Below are positions 26,696-36,503 of a stretch of DNA of 45,425 nucleotides, piece after piece; the stretch's first letter is position 1, and every line of letters starts with the position of its first letter. The notes below the pieces were generated by a model, which was not told where the DNA came from, ran no database searches, and saw nothing but the letters and a program-made list of their open reading frames with translations. The DNA lies in the NCBI GenBank assembly GCA_039815855.1, contig JBCBYL010000003.1, forward strand, positions 1 to 45,425. The letters are read 5' to 3'. The DNA is from Verrucomicrobiota bacterium (GTDB lineage: Bacteria; Verrucomicrobiota; Verrucomicrobiia; Methylacidiphilales; JBCBYL01). The position numbers were made by a program, and so were the translations under genes.

Positions 26696-26874
26696 CCAGT
26701 CTGGGTTGACTTCACCATTGAGGATGTCAGCTTATGGGCAGGATAACTGTCTCCCTTCAGACCTTAAACTTTTGATGGCATAGTTATCGCTTACTTATCC
26801 ATTTATCCATGAATCAAATTCAAACGAAGTCACGCAGGAGGTATTGCCTGCGATAAGCGGCGCAGGACAATTGC

Positions 26875-27903
26875 ATGAATTCTGATATTTGGATATGGAT
26901 AGGCATTGCATTCTGCCTGGCTCAAAGTGGCATCTTCTCCGGCCTCAATTTAGGCTTATTTTCCATCAGCCGTCTCCGCCTGGAAGCGACCGCTGCCTCC
27001 GGGGATAAACATGCCGCTAAGATTCTTAGCCTCCGAAAAAACACCAACCTTCTGCTGGCAACCATTCTCTGGGGAAATGTGGCTTCTAATTGCCTGCTCA
27101 CCTTGCTCAGTGATTCTGTCTTAGCTGGGATCACCGCATTCTTATTCTCCACCATTCTGATTACGCTTCTCGGGGAAATTTTTCCTCAAGCCTTTTTCTC
27201 CCGGTATGCCTTACAGATCGGAGCCTCTCTCTCTCCGCTGATGCGTATCTATATGGCTCTCCTCTATCCCATTGCCAAGCCGACCAGCTTCCTGCTGGAT
27301 TCGATTTTAGGTGAAGAAAGAGAATCCTATTTTCGTGAGGTCGATCTTCATTTTATCCTCAAAAAACATGCGGATACCGAGGGCACGGATATCAGCGAAG
27401 CAGAAGGTCTGGGAGCGATCAATTTCCTCCATCTCGATGACATACCTGTTTCTAAAGAAGGCTCCGTTATTGACCCTGATAGCATCATCGCCCTCCCCAC
27501 CAAGGATGGGGTCATTCTCTTTCCGGAAATTAATCAGGATGAAGATGAAGAAGACCCCTTCATTGCGGAGGTCAATCGCTCCGGCAAGCCCTGGGTCATC
27601 ATTGTCGATGAAGAAGGAAAGCCTCATTTTGCTCTTGATGCCGACGGCCTGGTCAGAGACCGCTTTTCAAGTGAAGATCGCCGCCCTTATTTTCATTGCC
27701 ACCGCCCCATTCTCGTAGAGGAAAGCACCACCACTCTGGATGATATTATCGGTAAATTTCATGTAAATAAAACCCATGCCGAAGATGATGTCATCGACAA
27801 TGATATCATTATCTATTGGGGCAAAGAGCAAAAACGGATCATTACCGGAGCTGACTTACTCGGCCGCCTGCTCCGCGGAATCGTCCAAACCCGCGTCCAA
27901 TAA
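26875..27903 (+). CDS. DUF21/CNNM transmembrane-domain protein
   Basis: SGIFSGLNLGLF, LLATILWGNV..N, GEIFPQA, YPIAKP. Confidence 0.88.
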   Translation: MNSDIWIWIGIAFCLAQSGIFSGLNLGLFSISRLRLEATAASGDKHAAKILSLRKNTNLLLATILWGNVASNCLLTLLSDSVLAGITAFLFSTILITLLGEIFPQAFFSRYALQIGASLSPLMRIYMALLYPIAKPTSFLLDSILGEERESYFREVDLHFILKKHADTEGTDISEAEGLGAINFLHLDDIPVSKEGSVIDPDSIIALPTKDGVILFPEINQDEDEEDPFIAEVNRSGKPWVIIVDEEGKPHFALDADGLVRDRFSSEDRRPYFHCHRPILVEESTTTLDDIIGKFHVNKTHAEDDVIDNDIIIYWGKEQKRIITGADLLGRLLRGIVQTRVQ

Positions 27904-27905
27904 AC

Positions 27906-28805
27906 TCAGGCAATCACCCGGACCGCACACTGAGCTAATTCTGTAGCACCAGGCGCAACATGGCGTAGCCCCTGACCATGGTGAATCGCATTCGGCAAAC
28001 CGAGCCAGGGCTCCACACAATAATAACCAGAATCCGGAAATTCTCTCCAGGTCGTGACCGCATACCAGGGCACCGAAGCAGGGAAATCCAAGTCGATCTG
28101 GATTTCTTCACCCTTCTTTTGATTCAATAGTTTCACTGGGGCCTGAGACGAAAGCAGGTGCATCGCATCCACGATTGATTCATCACTTAATTGCAATTCC
28201 GCAAAATCTTCTACTGCGTACATCGAACCATGCTGATCCTGTCTCACCGAGTTCGAGCGATCGATGAACACCTCCCAATCTGACCATTCCGTATGAGGAA
28301 TCGCAAAGTACCAATGATGCCCTGCGAAGTAGGGTAAGGCATGATCACCCGTGTTCTTCGTACTGTAGGTGCAATCGAGTCCACTTTCGCTCAGGATATA
28401 AGTCACCGTGAATTCGAAGCAAAATGGATAACCGGCGCGTGTTTCCTCCGTATCGCGACAGATCATGGTCAACTTAGACTCTGACGAATCCTCTTCCGCG
28501 ACTTCAAAAGGCATCTGTCTGACAAAACCATGCATGGGTAAATCTCTGATGACCCCCTCGGCATCTTTCCATTTCCCGATTTCACCATCCACCATATGCC
28601 GGGCAATGAAGGGAAAGAGAACCGGGTTTCCTCCGCGGACACTTTTCACATTTGACCAGTCTGCATCTTCTGGCCAATGAATGATGGGACGATGACCTAT
28701 ATCCCACTTCAATAATCTTGCACCGTAAAAGGGTGAGATCAAAGCACGTGACTCCCCGCATCTTAATTCAATAACGTCATGGCCCTGAAAGTGAACTGTT
28801 TTCAT
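27906..28805 (-). CDS. Aldose 1-epimerase family protein
   Basis: RGGNPVLFP, HGF, YPF, GHHWYF, CVEPW. Confidence 0.88.
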   Translation of the reverse strand: MKTVHFQGHDVIELRCGESRALISPFYGARLLKWDIGHRPIIHWPEDADWSNVKSVRGGNPVLFPFIARHMVDGEIGKWKDAEGVIRDLPMHGFVRQMPFEVAEEDSSESKLTMICRDTEETRAGYPFCFEFTVTYILSESGLDCTYSTKNTGDHALPYFAGHHWYFAIPHTEWSDWEVFIDRSNSVRQDQHGSMYAVEDFAELQLSDESIVDAMHLLSSQAPVKLLNQKKGEEIQIDLDFPASVPWYAVTTWREFPDSGYYCVEPWLGLPNAIHHGQGLRHVAPGATELAQCAVRVIA

Positions 28806-28983
28806 AGCACCTTCACCTTAGATACGTGTCTACGAACACGCCAGCTTATACATCTTTTTTACAAAATGCTCGCCTGCTTTTGACACCCTTATTGCAAGAT
28901 ACGATACGTTATATTCATCAATTCGATCCTCAACAGGCGCAATGCTGTTGAGAGTAGGTTTAAATTGTAGGTAATTATAGTAA

Positions 28984-29025
28984 TATCCCTCCTTGGCGTC
29001 GCTACCAGGGAGGGATAAACTTTTT
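28984..29025 (+). terminator. Intrinsic-terminator-like hairpin
   Basis: 13-bp stem TATCCCTCCTTGG/CCAGGGAGGGATA (one G-U), 8-nt loop, then AAC-TTTTT. Confidence 0.55.
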
Positions 29026-29033
29026 ATAGAACA

Positions 29034-30917
29034 ATGCGGCGAACTGTTATTCTGTTTTTAGCTTTAGTCCTCCTCCCCGCAGCAGTGCTTGGGATCTTGG
29101 CCTGGAAGACAGCTGCGGAGCAGAGCACCTTCATCGAACAACAAGAATCAAGGTTACGCCAGCAGGAAGTCGACAAACTCGCCAGTCAAATTCGCTTAGC
29201 CATTTTCGCTGAATATGAAAAATTCTCCGCTGCGGCTGAGACGGCCCTAGCTCTCTATCCCGGTGATCTTCTTCTGGCGAAGTATCCACAAGCGTTAGAG
29301 AGTAACTGGAATTCGAACTGCATTGCCTTCATTACGAGCCCGGATGGCCGTTTGCTCGCGCCTCAGGTGGGTGCCCGACCACAGGACAAACGAGTCATCG
29401 ATTTTCTGACCAACAATCGCGATTTTATTAATAGCGGAGTCGCCGAGGATATCTACCAAACCATTCCGGGAGCTCAGGCGGAATTAACCAATAATCTTTA
29501 TATCCGGTCCGGTAGTGTTTCAACCTTTAAGCTCAAATCAACGGAAAAGGGAATGATCACTGGCTACCGGAAAACCACCACCACCCAAAGTATCCCGGCC
29601 AACCGCGGAATCATTATCAGTAAGACCGGCGACTCCTCTCCATCTCGAGGAGTCGTCGTGCGCAGGCGCACTGTGATCCCACAGCAGGAGCCGACTCTTC
29701 CACATCCACAACTTCCGCCCGGACTTCCTCCTGCCTCAAACATAAAACCACAGGCGTCGACATTTGCCGATTCCGTTCAGAGTCAGGACCGGGGCATCCT
29801 GGCGCGCTACGTCGACAACCAACTACAGCTTTTTTTCTGGCTTCGCTCTGAAAAAAGCCCGGATCAGGTACTGGCGGCTCAAATTGACCCCCTTGTTTTC
29901 AAGCCCACCTTCGAGGCGATACTGGAGAGCCTGAATCCGGGCCCCAACATCAACCTCCAATTACTCAATAGCGGCGGGAAGCCGATTACCGCACTTACGA
30001 CCTTAGAGAAAATGAACTGGAAAGCTCCGTTTGTCGCGACCGAGATTGGTGAAGTATTACCCCATTGGGAGGCAGCACTCTACCTCCTCGACCCGGACGC
30101 CTTATCGCGCTCAGCCAATTGGATGAGTATTATCCTAATGGGACTGATCAGTACTGCTCTGATTGCGATCTTTATGGGGGGTGGCCTCCTCATTTCCGAT
30201 TTACGCCGCCAAAGACAACTCGCTCTGAAGAAAAGTGATTTTGTCTCCAATGTCACTCACGAGCTCAAGACCCCACTCACATCCATTAAACTGTTTTCTG
30301 AGCTACTCGAACGTCAGGCGAGTGAACTGACCCAACAAAGCAGACAATATATCGATGTCATCTCGAGTGAATCGGACCGCCTCAACCGCCTCATCGACCA
30401 AATTCTCGATTTTTCCCAGTTAGAACGAAAATCAAAACGCTACCAAAAGGAATCCATCTTATTCGATGAATGGCTCCATTCTGTACTGCAAACTCAGAGA
30501 GCGCGGCTGGAAGAAAATGGCGCCTCTCTCAAGATCGAGGAACCCCTACCTCAACTTCATCTCCTCGGTGATCCTGATGCGCTTAGCCAGATCATCATCA
30601 ACCTGCTGACCAATGCAGAAAAATATGCCGGTCCGACTGCGGAAATCGAAATTGCCACCAGAGTCACCAAACATGTCCTGGAACTCTCAGTCCTTGATCG
30701 GGGGCCTGGAGTGCCCTCCGGCACGGAGGAAAAAATATTTGAACAATTTTTCCGGGCCGAGGATTCGCTTGATAGCGAAATTCCCGGCTCAGGTCTGGGC
30801 CTCACCTTAGCCCGGGGGATTGCCCGTGATCATGGTGGTGATTTGAAATATCAACAACGAACTGATGGCGGAAGCCATTTCATCCTGACCTTACCTTTGG
30901 AAAATCAAAACTCATGA
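29034..30917 (+). CDS. Membrane sensor histidine kinase
   Basis: Two TMs, H-box THELKTPLTSI, NLLTNA.KY, D.G.G, GSGLGL. Confidence 0.93.
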   Translation: MRRTVILFLALVLLPAAVLGILAWKTAAEQSTFIEQQESRLRQQEVDKLASQIRLAIFAEYEKFSAAAETALALYPGDLLLAKYPQALESNWNSNCIAFITSPDGRLLAPQVGARPQDKRVIDFLTNNRDFINSGVAEDIYQTIPGAQAELTNNLYIRSGSVSTFKLKSTEKGMITGYRKTTTTQSIPANRGIIISKTGDSSPSRGVVVRRRTVIPQQEPTLPHPQLPPGLPPASNIKPQASTFADSVQSQDRGILARYVDNQLQLFFWLRSEKSPDQVLAAQIDPLVFKPTFEAILESLNPGPNINLQLLNSGGKPITALTTLEKMNWKAPFVATEIGEVLPHWEAALYLLDPDALSRSANWMSIILMGLISTALIAIFMGGGLLISDLRRQRQLALKKSDFVSNVTHELKTPLTSIKLFSELLERQASELTQQSRQYIDVISSESDRLNRLIDQILDFSQLERKSKRYQKESILFDEWLHSVLQTQRARLEENGASLKIEEPLPQLHLLGDPDALSQIIINLLTNAEKYAGPTAEIEIATRVTKHVLELSVLDRGPGVPSGTEEKIFEQFFRAEDSLDSEIPGSGLGLTLARGIARDHGGDLKYQQRTDGGSHFILTLPLENQNS

Positions 30918-31621
30918 AAAAAACCATCCTCATTGCTGAAGACGATAAGAATATCCGGCTCGGCATCAAAGAAGCCCTCCTGGCAGAAAATTATGAAGTC
31001 TGTGAAACCGGAAGAGGAACAGAAGTCGCTTCCCTCGTACGTGATCGCAAACCGCAACTCATCCTTTTGGATATCATGCTCCCTGGGATGTCAGGATATG
31101 ACATTTGCCGGGAAATTCGATCTACGGATGTCAGCACCCCAATTATCATGCTCACCGCCAAGGATCAGGAAATCGACAAGGTGCTAGGTCTGGAACTGGG
31201 GGCAGATGATTACGTCACTAAACCCTTTGGGACGCGTGAACTGATTGCACGGATTCATGCCGTCTTACGGCGCAGTCAACCTGTTGCAAATCAGTCTGCC
31301 TACCAAATTCCCGAAGAGATCCAAATCGGGGAAACCCTGATCCGGACCAAGGCCTTGCGAGGATCACGCGGCAATGAACAAATCGAGTTCACGGATCGGG
31401 AAATCAAAGTCATTGCCGTCCTCTTTAAAAATACCGGTGATGCGATTTCGCGCGATCAACTCCTCAACGAAGTCTGGGGCATCGATTACTATGGAACGAC
31501 CAGGACTCTGGACCAGGTCATCGTCAAAATAAGACAAAAAATTGAACCCGATCCTTCACAGCCCATTTTCCTGAAGACGGTTCATGGGGTTGGATACCGG
31601 ATGGATTTACCGAAAGGGTAG
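30914..31621 (+). CDS. OmpR-family response regulator
   Basis: AEDD, LDIMLP, GADDYVTKPF, winged helix TRTLD....KIRQKIE, TVHGVGY. ATGA overlap with the kinase. Confidence 0.95.
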   Translation: MKKTILIAEDDKNIRLGIKEALLAENYEVCETGRGTEVASLVRDRKPQLILLDIMLPGMSGYDICREIRSTDVSTPIIMLTAKDQEIDKVLGLELGADDYVTKPFGTRELIARIHAVLRRSQPVANQSAYQIPEEIQIGETLIRTKALRGSRGNEQIEFTDREIKVIAVLFKNTGDAISRDQLLNEVWGIDYYGTTRTLDQVIVKIRQKIEPDPSQPIFLKTVHGVGYRMDLPKG

Positions 31622-31638
31622 ATCAACCCATCAGGGGG

Positions 31639-32976
31639 TTATTTTTTACCGCCGCCAAAAATATTCATAATCCCTTTGCCGACGCCTTCGACGGCATCGA
31701 CTGCACCTTCACCAACATTCCCAACGGCTTTGACTGCATTCGCAGGGTTCGCCAAGACTTTCGCCACCATGTCGTCGGTAACGACTCTGGGTTGATTCGT
31801 TGTTCCGGTGAATCGGAAAGGAATGATGAGTCGGTTTTGGCCATCGCGCTCAAAAACATCCCGAACTATCGCAGGCACTTCACTGGCAATTCCAGGATTC
31901 AGTTTCAGATTTAAATTACCGGCGAGGCTCTTATCGAGACCGGCATCCACCTTGCCCGCGATATTCAAATTCGCATTACTGACATTGAATTGATCAATCA
32001 GGATACGATCTCCTGCCAGACGAAAACTACCTTCACCTGATAACCCTTTAATATTTTTTGCCCGCTGTAGGATATCCGCATCATTGAAAGCCGGAAATTT
32101 AGGCATGACGACACCGACCGCATCGACGTTGGAAAGCGAGTACGTTCCAGTGCCCTCCAGGTTTTTCAGTTCAGGTCGGTGGAATCCACTGGTTTCCACC
32201 GTGACATCCGCGGCACCGCGAAACGTCTTCGAATAGCCCAGAGCACCCAGGAGGGATGCAATATCAGTCGAATTCACTTCAACTTGAACCCCCTCCAAGG
32301 GCTGATTGTCATTCAATGACATTGATCCATTCACAGCCAGTGCACTCTCACCAGGTAGTGTCGCCTGGAATTCAGACAGGGTCAGCTTGCCTGCACTAAA
32401 ATTATAGGTGCCAGAAAGGCTGGTCAGATTGATGGAGCCAATCGTCGCACTCTGTCCATCAAAGCTTCCGGACATCCCTTCACCGTCTGGGCGTGCTTTA
32501 ATATCCGCTTCCTTCATCTCAAACGTGTAGCCATGAACGTTTTCGACAATCAGGTTCGCGTTCTTAATCGAGAAGGACTTCGCTTTAACCGGGAAAGCGA
32601 TCTGCTCAACTGAGCCGCCAGCCAGCTTGAGATGAATGGTTCCTCCTTTGGCTTTTAATTTCGTTAAATTGAGCTTAAAGGTGGCGACCGGAATCAACTC
32701 AAACCCGGCAGACAATTCTGCCATTTCAACCGAAAGCAAGTTCGAGGTTTCAGGATCATTAAATGTCAATTTTGCTCCACTTAATTTCGCAGCGGTAATC
32801 CCCCCGGATATTTTTTCAAAAGTAAATTCTCCTCCGCTCTGATCTTCAATCTGGGTAATGACCCAGCTTTGGAATTGTGGGAGCTGGTAAAGGACCTTAG
32901 GTCCTATGAAAAGTCCCAGCCCAATGAGTATCACGACCAGACCGAGCGCGACGATAAGTTTAAGTCCTGCTTTCAT
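31639..32976 (-). CDS. AsmA-like protein
   Basis: N-terminal TM anchor, beta-rich body, C-terminal IPF.FTGT..QP.V motif. Confidence 0.7.
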   Translation of the reverse strand: MKAGLKLIVALGLVVILIGLGLFIGPKVLYQLPQFQSWVITQIEDQSGGEFTFEKISGGITAAKLSGAKLTFNDPETSNLLSVEMAELSAGFELIPVATFKLNLTKLKAKGGTIHLKLAGGSVEQIAFPVKAKSFSIKNANLIVENVHGYTFEMKEADIKARPDGEGMSGSFDGQSATIGSINLTSLSGTYNFSAGKLTLSEFQATLPGESALAVNGSMSLNDNQPLEGVQVEVNSTDIASLLGALGYSKTFRGAADVTVETSGFHRPELKNLEGTGTYSLSNVDAVGVVMPKFPAFNDADILQRAKNIKGLSGEGSFRLAGDRILIDQFNVSNANLNIAGKVDAGLDKSLAGNLNLKLNPGIASEVPAIVRDVFERDGQNRLIIPFRFTGTTNQPRVVTDDMVAKVLANPANAVKAVGNVGEGAVDAVEGVGKGIMNIFGGGKK

Positions 32977-33054
32977 GCGCAGAGGATGGAGCATCCATCT
33001 GGGCGCGTCAACTTTTGTCCTCAGATCACCAGAGATGTGATATGCTCCTCTTCT

Positions 33055-33939
33055 ATGCTTTCACTCTCTTCCTTGTCCCAACTGGCTGAGCAATATGCCT
33101 CAGAGTTGGCCCACTCGGTGCAACGCTTTCAGATCAAAGGAATAACCCATGGCGCAAGTCCTCAGCTGATGGGAGTGGTCAACCTCTCAGCAGATTCCTG
33201 GTATCGAGAGAGTGTCTGCACCTCAGATGAACAGGCCCTGCGTCGAGCCCGTAAACTGTGGGCTGAGGGCGCAGCTCTCATCGATATTGGGGCAGAATCC
33301 ACCCTTCCTGATGCCCAACGCTCTCCCGCAGACCAACAATTGAAGCAACTGCTCCCTCTCCTCACTCTTCTCTCAGACGAAGTTCCACTTTCTATCGAGA
33401 CCTATCTCGCTGAAGTGGCAGAGCAGTGCCTGACCCAGGGAGCAGCAATTATTAATATGACTGGGAATCAGGATGCTGAATCCATCTATCACTCTGTGGC
33501 CAAGGCCAAAGCAGGTGTCATTATTTGCTACGTGCAGGCGGCGAACGTGCGCGAAGCCAGTGTCATTGACCTTTCGGAAGATCCGATCGGGGCTCAGGAA
33601 GCTTACTTCGCGACAGAAATTGAAAAAGCCAGATCCAAGGGAGTAGAGAAAATCTGGATCGATCCTGGCTTAGGCTTTTACTACAAGAATCTGAAAGATA
33701 GCGCTGAACGGGTGCGTTATCAGACAAAGGTCTTTCTCGAATCCTTCCGCCTGAGAAAACTGGGCTGGCCCGTGTGCCATGCCCTTCCTCATGCCTTTGA
33801 CTACTTCGGAGAAGAAGTGAGGTCTGCCGAATCTTTCTTTGCCCATGCCGCTTACCTGGGACAGACCTCTCTCTTTCGCACCCATGAAGTGCCTAAGGTG
33901 AAAGCTGTCCTCGATACCATCGCTGCCCTCGAACCATGA
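33055..33939 (+). CDS. Divergent dihydropteroate synthase-like (pterin-binding TIM barrel) protein
   Basis: MGVVNLSADS, IDIGAEST, IDPGLGF, RTHE. Lacks the SRK motif. Start taken at ATG 33055. Confidence 0.8.
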   Translation: MLSLSSLSQLAEQYASELAHSVQRFQIKGITHGASPQLMGVVNLSADSWYRESVCTSDEQALRRARKLWAEGAALIDIGAESTLPDAQRSPADQQLKQLLPLLTLLSDEVPLSIETYLAEVAEQCLTQGAAIINMTGNQDAESIYHSVAKAKAGVIICYVQAANVREASVIDLSEDPIGAQEAYFATEIEKARSKGVEKIWIDPGLGFYYKNLKDSAERVRYQTKVFLESFRLRKLGWPVCHALPHAFDYFGEEVRSAESFFAHAAYLGQTSLFRTHEVPKVKAVLDTIAALEP

Positions 33940-34652
33940 AAACGATCTGTATTACTGGTGCTGGCGGCGGCCTGGGGGCCGGACTGGCCAGACGATTGGC
34001 AAGACCCGACCGTCACCTCATTCTCCACTATCATCAGAATCACGATGGCGCCCAGAAAGTATACGGCGAACTATCTAGTGAGTATGCCTCGATTGAACTG
34101 GTTCAAGCAGACTTAGGAACTGAGAAAGGTGCCATCCACCTCGCAGAGGCAATCCAATCCATTCATCCTTCATTGGAAGTCCTCATTAATAACAGTGGTG
34201 TTTATCACGAAAAACCGTGGCCTGAACTCACTGAAGCAGAATGGCAGCAGGAATGGAACACGACTGCTAGCTCCGTCTTTTTTACCATCCGTGCCTGTGT
34301 TGATCTTCTTCGAGCTGCCGGACATGCGCACGTCATCAATATTGGAGACAGTAGTTGCGATAAACCCGGGGCGCGTGACTTGGCTATCGCCTATCACATC
34401 GGTAAAACCGGCGTCTTAATGCTCACTAAATCATTTGCGCGTGATCTCGCTCCAGACCAGATCTCCGTCAATATGATTTCTCCCGGCTACCTCGAGAAGA
34501 GTGTTGGCTTACCTGATCCGACTACCATTCCAGCAGGCCGCTTCACCACCTTTGATGATGTGGCTAAGACCATCGAACAACTCCTCACGAACAAAGAACC
34601 CATTTTGACCGGTTCCAATCTGATCCTCTCCGGTGGCTGGAACCTCCGTTAG
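33936..34652 (+). CDS. SDR oxidoreductase, pteridine reductase/FolM-like
   Basis: TGAGGGLG, LHY, INNS, NIGD, YHIGK. ATGA overlap with the FolP-like gene. Confidence 0.75.
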   Translation: MKTICITGAGGGLGAGLARRLARPDRHLILHYHQNHDGAQKVYGELSSEYASIELVQADLGTEKGAIHLAEAIQSIHPSLEVLINNSGVYHEKPWPELTEAEWQQEWNTTASSVFFTIRACVDLLRAAGHAHVINIGDSSCDKPGARDLAIAYHIGKTGVLMLTKSFARDLAPDQISVNMISPGYLEKSVGLPDPTTIPAGRFTTFDDVAKTIEQLLTNKEPILTGSNLILSGGWNLR

Positions 34653-34660
34653 GTCGTAGC

Positions 34661-35527
34661 TCATCGCTGAGGGCTCGTAGGTAAGGATCCACCAGCTAAG
34701 AGCTCAGTGTAGCCTTCCCGGAAAGAAGGATACTGCAGTTCCCATCCCTTTGATCGCAGCTTCGCATTCGAAATACGCTTACTGGTGAGCCCTCGCTTCA
34801 TGAACTCCTCTCCGCCTAAAGGTGGAACCGCCTTCCCGAGTTGCGGGCAAAGCCACTCATAGAGATCCAGTAAGCGAGTCGGCTCAGAGTCAGTGACGTT
34901 ATAGACCTCACCGTCGAGACCTTCGTTTTGGACAAGAAAATCGAGTGCCCCAAGAATATCTTCCAAATGGATCATATTCATAAAGCGTTGGCCATCACCC
35001 GGGAGTCGCGGATCATCACCCTCCAACCGTTTGAGATGATACGTGCGTCCCGGCCCGTAAATCCCCGAAAGACGCAGAACGGTCCCGCCGAATTCAATCA
35101 CCCTTTCTTCCGCTTTGAGCAGAATGCGAGCAGAATCACTCTGAGGCGAGACATCCTCCTCCTGCACGGTTGAATCATCATTTTGAGAATATACAGAGGT
35201 AGAAGAGGTATAGAAAAAGCGCGCTTGGGTCTTCCGGGCAAAGGCCAGGGCATGAGCTAACCCCGTCCGGTGGATCGCCACATATCCCTCCACCCCCCGG
35301 CCTTGAGTCGAAACAGAATAAAGAATCAGGTCAAAATCAGAGGGCAGGGATTCCCAAAATTCAGCACGGGTCACATCACCGACATGACAGCGGTCTCTCA
35401 GAGAATCTGGCATCCCCAGTTGTGAGTTTTCTGTCCGCACCACGGCAACGACCTCATCCCCCTTGCCAGAACGACGCTCAAGCCATGGCTTCCCCACATA
35501 ACCCGCCCCGATAATCAGTATTTTCAT
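34661..35527 (-). CDS. NAD-dependent epimerase/dehydratase family (YeeZ-like atypical SDR)
   Basis: GAGYVG, YTSSTSVY, LRLSGIYGPGR, N.IH..D, KRISNAKL, YPSFREG. Confidence 0.88.
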   Translation of the reverse strand: MKILIIGAGYVGKPWLERRSGKGDEVVAVVRTENSQLGMPDSLRDRCHVGDVTRAEFWESLPSDFDLILYSVSTQGRGVEGYVAIHRTGLAHALAFARKTQARFFYTSSTSVYSQNDDSTVQEEDVSPQSDSARILLKAEERVIEFGGTVLRLSGIYGPGRTYHLKRLEGDDPRLPGDGQRFMNMIHLEDILGALDFLVQNEGLDGEVYNVTDSEPTRLLDLYEWLCPQLGKAVPPLGGEEFMKRGLTSKRISNAKLRSKGWELQYPSFREGYTELLAGGSLPTSPQR

Positions 35528-35571
35528 GTTTTACACATACACCAAGTTTGGGAAGATCTCGATAGCGCTTT

Positions 35572-36489
35572 ATGAAGACCACCTGGATCCAAACAAAAAA
35601 ATTATCAGTTCTCATGAACCGCTTTCTCTACTTTCCCTGGATCTTAGCGCCCATTCTCTTGATAGCGATTCTCACCTGGCTCATATGGCCTGATCCCGTC
35701 CACCCATTTCGGGTGACGATGGAACCAGTCGAAGTCCCCGTTCAATTTACTGCCTACTACATTGCTGAAGTAGAACTGGAGAACAAACCAGAAGGAGACG
35801 CTACCATGCCCATCTGGTTCACCCGCGAAGATGGGAAACGGATTCGGCAATTTCTAACTCCTGAAGACTACCAGACCATGGAAATGGAGGGATCTGCCTT
35901 GAATATCATGCCGGGAGGAAAGAAGAAGCCCGCCTATCGATTGAGCTCTGGAGAATGGAAGGAACTTCCCGATGGAGTCATCGCCAAAGGAAATAAAATG
36001 AACCCGCTTGTCGCCTACCGCCATATCGCGGCGGATCAGGGAATCTATCCCTACGGCAGTCTGGTGCATATTGATTACAAGAAGAAACCCAAACTTCCAG
36101 ACGGGCGAGCATTCGACGGCTATCTCTGGGTGGCAGATGTTGGTGGCATGATCAACGGCAGGAGTCATTTTGACCTCTTTGTCGGAGGAGAAGAAACCTA
36201 CGAAAAGATCCTTCCCATGACCTCAGACAAGAAGCACAAAGTCAACATCTACAAACTTCCTCACCCCCCGACCGGATTGGATCCGAGACAACCTTCCGGA
36301 TTAGCGAAGCTGCTACATCAATTGGGCCATCACCGTGATCCTGAAAATACTGAGCTCCTTGAGCTGGAAAAGTCGGTTAAACGGTACCAGAAAACGATTT
36401 CTCATATCCCCAAACAAGAACATGGCTTCCGCACCGGTGCCGCTACTATTTGGTATTTAACTCAGGAAGCCCTCCGGCTTTCAGAATAG
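35572..36489 (+). CDS. Membrane-anchored 3D-domain (MltA-like) protein with possible peptidoglycan-binding C-terminus
   Basis: TM segment; TAYY; IAAD...YPYG, ADVGG.I.G...DLF (three Asp). Start may be at 35614. Confidence 0.75.
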   Translation: MKTTWIQTKKLSVLMNRFLYFPWILAPILLIAILTWLIWPDPVHPFRVTMEPVEVPVQFTAYYIAEVELENKPEGDATMPIWFTREDGKRIRQFLTPEDYQTMEMEGSALNIMPGGKKKPAYRLSSGEWKELPDGVIAKGNKMNPLVAYRHIAADQGIYPYGSLVHIDYKKKPKLPDGRAFDGYLWVADVGGMINGRSHFDLFVGGEETYEKILPMTSDKKHKVNIYKLPHPPTGLDPRQPSGLAKLLHQLGHHRDPENTELLELEKSVKRYQKTISHIPKQEHGFRTGAATIWYLTQEALRLSE

Positions 36490-36503
36490 CAGCACGCTCT
36501 TTT

